The translations under genes were made by a program, and so were the position numbers. The notes beneath the pieces are model-generated. The model was not told where the DNA came from, ran no database searches, and saw nothing but the letters and a program-made list of their open reading frames with translations. From positions 1-31,606 of the forward strand of contig NIVC01001562.1 in NCBI GenBank assembly GCA_002269645.1: 31,606 bases of DNA, in the 5' to 3' direction. The stretch is from Macrostomum lignano. Its lineage: Eukaryota. Of this stretch, positions 10,406 through 22,693 are shown piece after piece (within the stretch, counting starts at the first letter, position 1; each line of letters begins with the position of its first letter).

Positions 10406-13400
10406 AGACAATAAGTAGCTAGTGCGACAATTTCCTTAGCATTATAGCGGCTCCTTTAAAATTCGCTTACTTTTACGTTTGAAATTGTGTATCTTTTATG
10501 TTTAACAGGGTGGCTCTTTTATGTTATACATTGTGGCTCCTTTATGTTATACATTGTGGCTCTTTTTTGTTCTACGCTCGTACATGGTAACTCTTTTATG
10601 TTTGATACGGTGGCTTTTCAATGTCTGACATGGTGGCTCTTCTATGTTTGACATGGGGGCTCTTCTATGTTTGACATGGGGCTCTTCTATGTTTGACAAA
10701 GTGGCTTTTTAATGTTTGACATGGTGGCTCTATTATGTTTGACATGGTGGCTCTATTATGTTTGACATGGTGGCTCTTTAATGTTCAAAAAGGTGGCTCT
10801 TTTATGTTTGACATGGTGGCTCTTTAATGTTTGACATGGTGGCTCTTTAATGTTGGACATGGTGGCTTTTTAATGTTAGACATGGTGGCTCTTTAATGTT
10901 CGACATAAAGTCACTTATATGTTTGACATTGTGGCTCTTTAATGTTTGACATGGTAGCTCTTTTATGTTCGACATGGTGGCTCTTTTATGTTCGACATGG
11001 TGTCGCTTCAATGTTTGACATGGAGTTACGTATATGTTTTACATGGTGGCTCTTTTATGTTCGACATGGTGGCTCTTTAATGTTTGACATGGGGTCTCTT
11101 CAATGTTTGACATGGAGTTACGTATATGTTTGACATGGTGGCTCTTTAATGTTTTACATGGTGGCACTTTCATGTCTGACCTGGTGGCTCTTTAATATTT
11201 GAAATGGTAGCTCTTTTATGTTTGACATGGTGGCTCTTTTATCTTTGACATGGTGGCTCTGTAATGTTCGACATGAAGTCATGTATATGTTTGACATGGT
11301 GGCTCTTAAATGTTCGACATAGTGGCTCTATAATGTTTGACATGGTGGCTCTTCAATGTTTGACCTGGTGGCTCTTTAATGTTTGACATAGTGTATCTTT
11401 AATGTTTGACATTGATTCATGTATATGTTTGACATGGTAGCTCTTGAATGTTCAACATGGAGTCATGTATATGTTTGACATGGTGGCTCTTAAATGTTCG
11501 ACATGGTGGCTCTTTAATGTTTGACATAGTGTCTTTTTAATGTTTGACATGGAGTCATGTATATGTTTGACATGGTGGCTCTTTAATGTTAGACATGGTG
11601 GCTCTTTTATGTTTTGCATGGTGGCTCTTTTATGTTCGACATGGTGTCTCTTCAATGTTTGACATGGCGTCATGTATATGTTTGACATGGATGCTCTTGT
11701 ATTTTTAACATGTTGACTCTTTAATGTTCGAAATGGTGGCTCTTAATTGTCTAACATGGAGTCACGTATATGTTTGACATGGAGTCATGCATATGCCTGA
11801 TATGGTAGCTCTTTAATGTTTTACATGGAGTCAGGTATATGTTTCACATGTTGGCTATTTTATGTTTGACATGGTGGTTCTTAAATGTTCGACAAGGTGG
11901 CTCTTTAATGTTTTACATGGTGGCACTTTCATGTTTGACCTGGTGGCTCTTTAATGTTTGACATGGTGGCTCTTTAATATTTGACATGGTGGCCCTTTTA
12001 TGTTCGACATGGTGGCTCTTCAATGTTTGACATGGAGTCATGTATATGTTTGACCTGGTGGCTCTTTAATGTTTGACATGGTGGCTCTTTAATGTTTTAC
12101 ATGGTGGCACTTTCATGTTTGACCTGGTGGCTCTTTAATGTTTGACATGGTGGCTCTTTAATATTTGACATGGTGGCCCTTTTATGTTCGACATGGTGGC
12201 TCTTCAATGTTTGACATGGAGTCATGTATATGTTTGACCTGGTGGCTCTTTAATGTTTGACATGGTGGCTCTTTAATGTTTTACATGGTGGCACTTTCAT
12301 GTTTGACTTGGTGGCTCTTTAATGTTCGACATGGTCGCTCTTTAATGTTCGACATGGTGGCCCTTTAATGTTCGACATGGTGTCGCTTCAATGTTTGACA
12401 TGGAGTTACGTATATGTTTTACATGGTGGCTCTTTTATGTTCGACATGGCGTCATGTATATGTTTGACATGGTAGCTCTTGAATGTTCAACATGGAGTCA
12501 TGTATATGTTTGACATGGTAGCTCTTGAATGTTCAACATGGAGTCATGTATATGTTTGACATGGTGGCTCTTAAATGTTCGACATGGTGGCTCTTTAATG
12601 TTTGACATGGAGTCATGTATATGTTTGGCATGGTAGCTCTTGAATGTTCGACATAGAGTCATGTATATGTTTGCCATGGTGGCTCTTTAATTTTAGACAT
12701 GGTGGCTCTTTTATGTTTTGCATGGTGGCTCTTTTATGTTCGACATGGTGTCTCTTTAATGTTTGACATGGAGTCATGTATATGTTTAACATGGTGGCTC
12801 TTGTATTTTTAACATGTTGGCTCTTTAATGTTCGACATGGTGGCTCTTTAATGTTTGACATGGAGTCCCGTATATGTTTGACATGGAGTCATGTATATGT
12901 CTGATATGGTAGCTCTTTAATGTTTTACATGGAGTCACGTATATGTTTCACATGGTGGCTATTTTATGTTTGACATGGTGGTTCTTAAATGTTCGACATG
13001 GTGGCTCTTTAATGTGTTACATGGTGGCACTTTCATGTTTGACCTGGTGGCTCTTTAATGTTTGACATAGTGTCTCTTTAATGTTTGACATTGATTCATG
13101 TATATGTTTGACATGGTAGCTCTTGAATGTTCGACATAGAGTCATGTATATGTTTGCCATGGTGGCTCTTTAATGTTAGACATGGTGGCAATTTCATGTT
13201 TGACCTGGTGGCTCTTTAATATTTGACATGGTGGCCCTTTAATATTTGACATGGTGGCCCTTTAATGTTCGACATGGTGGCTCTTCAATGTTCGACATGG
13301 AGTCATGTATATGTTTGACCTGGTTGCTCTTTAATGTTTGACATGGTGGCTCTTTAATGTTCGACATGGTGGCTCTTTTAGGTTTGAAATGGTGGCTCTT

Positions 13401-13781
13401 TAATGTTTGACATGGTGGCTTTTTAATGTTCGACATGGTGGCTCTTTTATGTTCGACATGGCGTCATGTATATGTTTGACATGGTAGCTCTTTAATGTTC
13501 AACATGGAGTCATGTATATGTTGGACATGGTGGCTCTTTAATGTTCGACATGGTGGCTCTTTAATGTTCGACATGGTGGCTCTTTAATGGTCGACATGGT
13601 GGCTCTTTAATGTTCGACATGGTAGCTCTTTAATGTTCGACATGGTGGCTCTTTAATGGTCGACATGGTGGCTCTTTAATGGTCGACATGGTGGCTCTTT
13701 AATGTTTGACATGGTGGCTCTTTAATGTTTGACATTGTGCTTTTTTGTGTTTAGCATTTTGTGTTTTTAAGGTTTTTGAAT

Positions 13782-13865
13782 AAAAAAATCTTTTTGCACT
13801 ACTAAGATTCGAACCCAGGTCGCAGCATTAGCAGTCCAGTCTGTTCGCATCTATGCTATCTCTTG
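13782..13865 (-). promoter_or_regulatory. tRNA-derived Pol III cassette, copy 1 (A box, B box, T7 terminator)
   Basis: The minus strand reads TAGCATAGATG (A box, 13858-13848) .. TGGACTGCTAAT .. CTGGGTTCGAATCTTAG (B box GGTTCGAATC 13815-13806 in a 5-bp T-stem) .. TTTTTTT (13788-13782). A-B spacing is tRNA-like. The acceptor and anticodon stems do not pair, so it is not a functional tRNA. Confidence 0.65.
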
Positions 13866-16800
13866 TCTTGAATTGTGGTTTGTGAATTGTGGACATCTGG
13901 ATAGAACTTCTGTTCTCTACAAGTAAAAAAACCCGGCCAAATAGAGTCTTCACAAAGACAACAGAAAAACTGCTCAAATGAAGCGCAATGCAAAAAAAAA
14001 CATCCCAAGACAGCAAACACCCCCTCCTCCCAGATAGCAAGCACCCCCAGATAGCAAGCACCCCCAGATAGCAAGCACCCCCAGATAGCAAGCACCCCCA
14101 GATAGCAAGCATCCAATTGATAGCAAGTATCTATCCTTAAATAGCAAGCATCCACCAGACAAAAAGAATATGGTGCAACATTTCCTTTTAGCTTTCTAAG
14201 GGCTCCTTTATGATTGGCATGACGCTTCTTATTACGTTTGAAAATGTCTCTCCTGTGTTTGAAATGGTGGCTATTTTATGTTCTACATGGTGGCTCTTTA
14301 ATGTTTGACAATTTATGTTTGTGCCAGTTTTATGTTTGTCATGGTGGCTCCTTAATGTTAGAAACGGTGGCTCTTTAATGTTTGACATGGAGTCACATAT
14401 ATGTTTCACATGGTGGCTCTTCTATGTCTAACTTGGTAGCTCTTTTATGTTTGACATCGTGGCTCGTTAATGTTCGACATCGTGGCTCTTTAACGTTCGA
14501 CATAGTGGCTCTTTAATGTTCGACATGGTGGCTCTTTAATGTTCGACATGGTGGCTCTTTACTGTTTGACAATGTGGCTCTTTAATGTTTGACATGGAGT
14601 CATGTATATGTCTGATATGGTAGCTGTTTAATGTTTTACATGGAGTCACGTATATGTTTCACATGGTGGCTATTTTATGTTTGACATGGTGGTTCTTAAA
14701 TGTTCGACATGGTGGCTCTTTAATGTGTTACATGGTGGCACTTTCATGTTTGACCTGGTGGCTCTTTAATGTTTGACATAGTGTCTCTTTAATGTTTGAC
14801 ATTGATTCATGTATATGTTTGACATGGTAGCTCTTGAATGTTCGACATAGAGTCATGTATATGTTTGCCATGGTGGCTCTTTAATGTTAGACATGGTGGC
14901 AATTTCATGTTTGACCTGGTGGCTCTTTAATATTTGACATGGTGGCCCTTTAATATTTGACATGGTGGCCCTTTAATGTTCGACATGGTGGCTCTTCAAT
15001 GTTTGACATGGAGTCATGTATATGTTTGACCTGGTGGCTCTTTAATGTTTGACATGGTGGCTCTTTAATGTTTTACATGGTGGCACTTTCATGTTTGACT
15101 TGGTGGCTCTTTAATGTTCGACATGGTCGCTCTTTAATGTTCGACATGGTGGCCCTTTAATGTTCGACATGGTGTCGCTTCAATGTTTGACATGGAGTTA
15201 CGTATATGTTTTACATGGTGGCTCTTTTATGTTCGACATGGCGTCATGTATATGTTTGACATGGTAGCTCTTGAATGTTCAACATGGAGTCATGTATATG
15301 TTTGACATGGTAGCTCTTGAATGTTCAACATGGAGTCATGTATATGTTTGACATGGTGGCTCTTAAATGTTCGACATGTTGGCTATTTTATGTTTGACAT
15401 GGTGGTTCTTAAATGTTCGACAAGGTGGCTCTTTAATGTTTTACATGGTGGCACTTTCATGTTTGACCTGGTGGCTCTTTAATGTTTGACATGGTGGCTC
15501 TTTAATATTTGACATGGTGGCCCTTTTATGTTCGACATGGTGGCTCTTCAATGTTTGACATGGAGTCATGTATATGTTTGACCTGGTGGCTCTTTAATGT
15601 TTGACATGGTGGCTCTTTAATGTTTTACATGGTGGCACTTTCATGTTTGACCTGGTGGCTCTTTAATGTTTGACATGGTGGCTCTTTAATATTTGACATG
15701 GTGGCCCTTTTATGTTCGACATGGTGGCTCTTCAATGTTTGACATGGAGTCATGTATATGTTTGACCTGGTGGCTCTTTAATGTTTGACATGGTGGCTCT
15801 TTAATGTTTTACATGGTGGCACTTTCATGTTTGACTTGGTGGCTCTTTAATGTTCGACATGGTCGCTCTTTAATGTTCGACATGGTGGCCCTTTAATGTT
15901 CGACATGGTGTCGCTTCAATGTTTGACATGGAGTTACGTATATGTTTTACATGGTGGCTCTTTTATGTTCGACATGGCGTCATGTATATGTTTGACATGG
16001 TAGCTCTTGAATGTTCAACATGGAGTCATGTATATGTTTGACATGGTAGCTCTTGAATGTTCAACATGGAGTCATGTATATGTTTGACATGGTGGCTCTT
16101 AAATGTTCGACATGGTGGCTCTTTAATGATTGACATGGAGTCATGTATATGTTTGACATGGTAGCTCTTGAATGTTCGACATAGAGTCATGTATATGTTT
16201 GCCATGGTGGCTCTTTAATTTTAGACATGGTGGCTCTTTTATGTTTTGCATGGTGGCTCTTTTATGTTCGACATGGTGTCTCTTTAATGTTTGACATGGA
16301 GTCATGTATATGTTTAACATGGTGGCTCTTGTATTTTTAACATGTTGGCTCTTTAATGTTCGACATGGTGGCTCTTTAATGTTTGACATGGAGTCACGTA
16401 TATGTTTGACATGGAGTCATGTATATGTCTGATATGGTAGCTCTTTAATGTTTTACATGGAGTCACGTATATGTTTCACATGGTGGCTATTTTATGTTTG
16501 ACATGGTGGTTCTTAAATGTTCGACATGGTGGCTCTTTAATGTGTTACATGGTGGCACTTTCATGTTTGACCTGGTGGCTCTTTAATGTTTGACATAGTG
16601 TCTCTTTAATGTTTGACATTGATTCATGTATATGTTTGACATGGTAGCTCTTGAATGTTCGACATAGAGTCATGTATATGTTTGCCATGGTGGCTCTTTA
16701 ATGTTAGACATGGTGGCAATTTCATGTTTGACCTGGTGGCTCTTTAATATTTGACATGGTGGCCCTTTAATATTTGACATGGTGGCCCTTTAATGTTCGA

Positions 16801-17309
16801 CATGGTGGCTCTTCAATGTTCAACATGGAGTCATGTATATGTTTGACCTGGTTGCTCTTTAATGTTTGACATGGTGGCTCTTTAATGTTCGACATGGTGG
16901 CTCTTTTAGGTTTGAAATGGTGGCTCTTTAATGTTTGATATGGTGGCTTTTTAATGTTCGACATGGTGGCTCTTTTATGTTCGACATGGCGTCATGTATA
17001 TGTTTGACATGGTAGCTCTTTAATGTTCAACATGGAGTCATGTATATGTTGGACATGGTGGCTCTTTAATGTTCGACATGGTGGCTCTTTAATGTTCGAC
17101 ATGGTGGCTCTTTAATGGTCGACATGGTGGCTCTTTAATGTTCGACATGGTAGCTCTTTAATGTTCGACATGGTGGCTCTTTAATGGTCGACATGGTGGC
17201 TCTTTAATGGTCGACATGGTGGCTCTTTAATGTTTGACATGGTGGCTCTTTAATGTTTGACATTGTGCTTTTTTGTGTTTAGCATTTTGTGTTTTTAAGG
17301 TTTTTGAAT

Positions 17310-17393
17310 AAAAAAATCTTTTTGCACTACTAAGATTCGAACCCAGGTCGCAGCATTAGCAGTCCAGTCTGTTCGCATCTATGCTATCTCTTG
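17310..17393 (-). promoter_or_regulatory. tRNA-derived Pol III cassette, copy 2
   Basis: Same sequence as copy 1, offset +3528 (gattcgaacc at 17334). Confidence 0.65.
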
Positions 17394-19020
17394 TCTTGAA
17401 TTGTGGTTTGTGAATTGTGGACATCTGGATAGAACTTCTGTTCTCTACAAGTAAAAAAACCCGGCCAAATAGAGTCTTCACAAAGACAACAGAAAAACTG
17501 CTCAAATGAAGCGCAATGCAAAAAAAACATCCCAAGACAGCAAACACCCCCCTCCTCCCAGATAGCAAGCACCCCCAGATAGCAAGCACCCCCAGATAGC
17601 AAGCACCCCCAGATAGCAAGCACCCCCAGATAGCAAGCATCCAATTGATAGCAAGTATCTATCCTTAAATAGCAAGCATCCACCAGACAAAAAGAATATG
17701 GTGCAACATTTCCTTTTAGCTTTCTAAGGGCTCCTTTATGATTGGCATGACGCTTCTTATTACGTTTGAAAATGTCTCTCCTGTGTTTGAAATGGTGGCT
17801 ATTTTATGTTCTACATGGTGGCTCTTTAATGTTTGACAATTTATGTTTGTGCCAGTTTTATGTTTGTCATGGTGGCTCCTTAATGTTAGAAACGGTGGCT
17901 CTTTAATGTTTGACATGGAGTCACATATATGTTTCACATGGTGGCTCTTCTATGTCTAACTTGGTAGCTCTTTTATGTTTGACATCGTGGCTCGTTAATG
18001 TTCGACATCGTGGCTCTTTAACGTTCGACATGGTGGCTCTTTAATGTTCGACATGGTGGCTCTTTAATGTTCGACATGGTGGCTCTTTACTGTTTGACAA
18101 TGTAGCTCTTTAATGTTTGACATGGAGTCATGTATATGTCTGATATGGTAGCTCTTTAATGTTTTACATGGAGTCACGTATATGTTTCACATGGTGGCTA
18201 TTTTATGTTTGACATGGTGGTTCTTAAATGTTCGACATGGTGGCTCTTTAATGTGTTACATGGTGGCACTTTCATGTTTGACCTGGTGGCTCTTTAATGT
18301 TTGACATAGTGTCTCTTTAATGTTTGACATTGATTCATGTATATGTTTGACATGGTAGCTCTTGAATGTTCGACATAGAGTCATGTATATGTTTGCCATG
18401 GTGGCTCTTTAATGTTAGACATGGTGGCAATTTCATGTTTGACCTGGTGGCTCTTTAATATTTGACATGGTGGCCCTTTAATATTTGACATGGTGGCCCT
18501 TTAATGTTCGACATGGTGGCTCTTCAATGTTCGACATGGAGTCATGTATATGTTTGACCTGGTTGCTCTTTAATGTTTGACATGGTGGCTCTTTAATGTT
18601 CGACATGGTGGCTCTTTTAGGTTTGAAATGGTGGCTCTTTAATGTTTGACATGGTGGCTTTTTAATGTTCGACATGGTGGCTCTTTTATGTTCGACATGG
18701 CGTCATGTATATGTTTGACATGGTAGCTCTTTAATGTTCAACATGGAGTCATGTATATGTTGGACATGGTGGCTCTTTAATGTTCGACATGGTGGCTCTT
18801 TAATGTTCGACATGGTGGCTCTTTAATGGTCGACATGGTGGCTCTTTAATGTTCGACATGGTAGCTCTTTAATGTTCGACATGGTGGCTCTTTAATGGTC
18901 GACATGGTGGCTCTTTAATGGTCGACATGGTGGCTCTTTAATGTTTGACATGGTGGCTCTTTAATGTTTGACATTGTGCTTTTTTGTGTTTAGCATTTTG
19001 TGTTTTTAAGGTTTTTGAAT

Positions 19021-19104
19021 AAAAAAATATTTTTGCACTACTAAGATTCGAACCCAGGTCGCAGCATTAGCAGTCCAGTCTGTTCGCATCTATGCTATCT
19101 CTTG
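19021..19104 (-). promoter_or_regulatory. tRNA-derived Pol III cassette, copy 3
   Basis: Same sequence as copy 2, offset +1711 (gattcgaacc at 19045), with one substitution next to the T-run. Confidence 0.65.
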
Positions 19105-22090
19105 TCTTGAATTGTGGTTTGTGAATTGTGGACATCTGGATAGAACTTCTGTTCTCTACAAGTAAAAAAACCCGGCCAAATAGAGTCTTCACAAAGACAA
19201 CAGAAAAACTGCTCAAATGAAGCGCAATGCAAAAAAAAACATCCCAAGACAGCAAACACCCCCCTCCTCCCAGATAGCAAGCACCCCCAGATAGCAAGCA
19301 CCCCCAGATAGCAAGCACCCCCAGATAGCAAGCACCCCCAGATAGCAAGCATCCAATTGATAGCAAGTATCTATCCTTAAATAGCAAGCATCCACCAGAC
19401 AAAAAGAATATGGTGCAACATTTCCTTTTAGCTTTCTAAGGGCTCCTTTATGATTGGCATGACGCTTCTTATTACGTTTGAAAATGTCTCTCCTGTGTTT
19501 GAAATGGTGGCTATTTTATGTTCTACATGGTGGCTCTTTAATGTTTGACAATTTATGTTTGTGCCAGTTTTATGTTTGTCATGGTGGCTCCTTAATGTTA
19601 GAAACGGTGGCTCTTTAATGTTTGACATGGAGTCACATATATGTTTCACATGGTGGCTCTTCTATGTCTAACTTGGTAGCTCTTTTATGTTTGACATCGT
19701 GGCTCGTTAATGTTCGACATCGTGGCTCTTTAACGTTCGACATAGTGGCTCTTTAATGTTCGACATGGTGGCTCTTTAATGTTCGACATGGTGGCTCTTT
19801 ACTGTTTGACAATGTGGCTCTTTAATGTTTGACATGGAGTCATGTATATGTCTGATATGGTAGCTGTTTAATGTTTTACATGGAGTCACGTATATGTTTC
19901 ACATGGTGGCTATTTTATGTTTGACATGGTGGTTCTTAAATGTTCGACATGGTGGCTCTTTAATGTGTTACATGGTGGCACTTTCATGTTTGACCTGGTG
20001 GCTCTTTAATGTTTGACATAGTGTCTCTTTAATGTTTGACATTGATTCATGTATATGTTTGACATGGTAGCTCTTGAATGTTCGACATAGAGTCATGTAT
20101 ATGTTTGCCATGGTGGCTCTTTAATGTTAGACATGGTGGCAATTTCATGTTTGACCTGGTGGCTCTTTAATATTTGACATGGTGGCCCTTTAATATTTGA
20201 CATGGTGGCCCTTTAATGTTCGAAATGGTGGCTCTTTAATGTTCGAAATGGTGGCTCTTTAATGTTCGACATGGTGGCTCTTTAATTTTCTTCATGGTAT
20301 AGCTCTTTTATGTTAGACATGGTGGCTCTTTAATGTTCGACATAGTGGCTCTTTAATGTTTTAAATTGTGGCTCTTTAATGTTTGTCATAAAGTCACATA
20401 TATGTTTGACATGGTGGCTCCTAAATGTTTTACATGGTGGCTCTTTATGTTTGACATGGTGGCTCCTAAATGTTTTACATGGTGGCTCTTTTTTTGTTCT
20501 ACATGGTAACTCTTTTATGTTTGATACGGTGGCTTTTTAATGTCTGACATGGTACGGCTCTTTAATGTTCTACATGGTGACCCTTTAATGTTCGACATGG
20601 TGGCTCTTTACTTTTAGACATGGTGGCTCTTTAATGTTCGATATGGTAGCACTTTATTGTTTGACATCATGCCAGATTTATGTTTGACATGGTGGCTCTT
20701 TTAGGTTTGACATGGTGGCTCTTTAATGTTAGACATGGAGGCTCTTTAATGTTCGACATGGTGGCTCTTTAATGTTTGACATGGTGGCTCTTTAATGTTA
20801 GACATGGTGGCTTTTTTATGTTTGACATGGTGGCTCTTCTATTTTTGACATGGTGGCTCTTTAATGTTTAACATGGTGGTTCTTTAATGTTCGACATGGT
20901 GGTTCTTTAATGTTTGACATGGTGGCTCTTTAATGTTCTACATGGTGGCCCTTTAATGTTCGACATGGTGGCTCTTTTAGGTTTGACATAATGGCTCTTT
21001 AATTTTTGACATGGTGGCTCTTTAATGTTCGATATGGTGGCTTTTTTATGTTAGACATGGTGGCTCTTTTAGGTTTGACATGGTGGCTCTTCTATGTTTG
21101 ACATGGTGGCTCTTAAATGGTTGCATGGTGGCTCTTAAATGTTTGACATGGTGGCTTTTAAATCTTTGACATGGTGGCTTCTAAATGTTTGGCATGGTGG
21201 CTCTTTTTTGTTCGATATGGTGGCTCTTTTTTGTTCTACACGGTAACTCTTTATGTTTGATACGGTGGCTTTTTAATGTCTGACATGTTGGCTCTTTTAA
21301 GTTTGACATGGCGCTCTTTAATGTTCGACAAAGTGGCTCTTTAATGTTTGACATGGTGGCTCTTAATTTTTTGACACGGTGGCTCTTTAATGTTCGAAAT
21401 GGTGGCTCTTTAATGTTCGACATGGTGGCTCTTTTATGTTAGACATGGTGGCTCTTTAATTTTTGACATAAAGTCACATATATGTTTGACATGGTGGCTC
21501 CTAAATGTTTGACATGGTTGCTCCTAAATGTTTGACATGGTGGCTCTTTAATGTTCAAAATGGTAGCTCTTTAATGTTCGAAATGGTGGCTCTTTAATGT
21601 TCGAAATGGTGGCTCTTTAATGTTCGACAAAGTGGCTCTTTAATGTTTGACATGGTGGCTCTTTAATGTTTGACATGGTGGCTCCTAAATGTTTGACATG
21701 GTGGCTCTTTAATGTTCGAAATGGTGGCTCTTTATTTTCGACATGGTGGCTCTTAAATGTTTGACATTGTGGCTCCTAAATGTTTGACATGGTGGCTCTT
21801 TAATGTTTAAAATGGTGGCTCTTTAATGTTCAAAATGGTAGCTCTTTAATGTTCGAAATGGTGGCTCTTTAATATTCGAAATGGTGGCTCTTTTATGTTC
21901 GAAATGGTGGCTCTTTAATCTTCGACATGGTGGCTCTTTAATGTTCGACGTGGTGGCTCTTTAATGTTTGACAAAGAGTCACATATATGTTTTACATGGT
22001 GCCCATGTAATGTTTGACATGGTGCCTCTTTTATGTTTGACATTGTGCTTTTTTATGTTTAGCAGTTTCGTGTTTTCAAAGTGTTTTAAT

Positions 22091-22174
22091 AAAAAAATTA
22101 TTTTTCACTACTAAGATTCGAACCCAGGTCGCTACGTTGGCAGTCCAGTCTGTTCGTATATAGGCTATCTCTTT
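22091..22174 (-). promoter_or_regulatory. tRNA-derived Pol III cassette, copy 4 (diverged)
   Basis: The B box GGTTCGAATC (plus strand gattcgaacc at 22115) and T7 are intact. The A box is weaker (TAGCCTATATA) and the loop reads CTGCCAA instead of CTGCTAA. Confidence 0.55.
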
Positions 22175-22693
22175 TCAATTGGAGAACATGAATTGTGGCC
22201 CTTAGGCCCCTTATAATTCAATTCTTACAGCAAGTCAATTAGAGTAAAAAGTTATGACATTATCAATATATCAGTCAGCCAGTACCAGTCTCATTTTAAG
22301 TTAGCAATATGGTTACGCAATTTAAATCAAGTCGTGTGTGCATTTCTTTGGCACTGTTTTCAACTTGTTGTGATGCAATCTTTATCAGAATCAGAATTCA
22401 GCCAGTCAGTTTTTTCTCTAGCATTTTTACAATGGGTTTTAAGTCGAAAATTTTGCTTGACCTTTGCAAAAAAGCATGTTTTTCGAATATTTAATCCCTT
22501 TAATATTGAGCAATTTCTTAGCCAAGATGCATGTACCATCCCAGGAAAATTTCTGATCGAATGGTGCAAGTTTGAAGAAAATCAGTTGAGCCATTTTTTC
22601 TGAAATCTATTGCATACTTACCTACCTACCCACATACAGACAACTCATTTTTAGTATATAGGATTTATTTTTTTCTTTTATTGACTATTATCA

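Larger units (their letters stand above)
10490..22045. repeat. 23-bp satellite (ggtggctctttaatgtttgacat; subtype ggagtcatgtatatgtttgacat) in four arrays: about 10490-13737, 14240-17265, 17770-18976 and 19480-22045
   Basis: Continuous 23-nt periodicity over about 10 kb (roughly 430-450 units, estimated from length/23). It is interrupted three times by the same about 450-bp non-satellite junction block. Confidence 0.97.
9635..22663 (-). mobile_element. Non-autonomous Helitron, 13,029 bp, filled with satellite arrays
   Basis: On the minus strand the 5' end is A|TCCTATATACTAAAAATGAGTTGTCTGTATGTGGGTAGGTAGG (22663 downward). The 3' end is ..GTCCCCC-ATC-GGGGGGC-AAAGATTG-CTAG|T (9635): a GC hairpin ending 12 nt before the terminus, then CTAG. 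It is inserted between A and T with no TSD in AT-rich flanks, which are canonical Helitron termini. No RepHel ORF is visible. Confidence 0.82.

Noticed and set aside
9624-10411. Long ORFs on both strands (DSKHPP, GGCLLS, LGDACY, IASIPQ repeats)
   Set aside because: They are translations of a stop-poor 18-bp minisatellite. The plus-strand ATG lies inside the Helitron terminal hairpin, and the frame is broken by homopolymer indels in the three inner copies.
13795-13865. Functional tRNA-Ser(GCT) gene
   Set aside because: The T-arm and boxes are present, but the acceptor and anticodon stems do not base-pair and there is no Ser-type long variable arm. It is kept only as a tRNA-derived cassette.
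10942-21423. Short ORFs such as MSNIKEPP.. and MFDMVAL.. scattered through the satellite
   Set aside because: They are translations of the 23-bp repeat, and their recurrence only reflects the higher-order duplications.
10490-22045. CRISPR-like array (about 23-bp periodic repeats)
   Set aside because: The units are contiguous with no unique spacers, there are no cas genes, and the context is a eukaryotic spliced-gene region.
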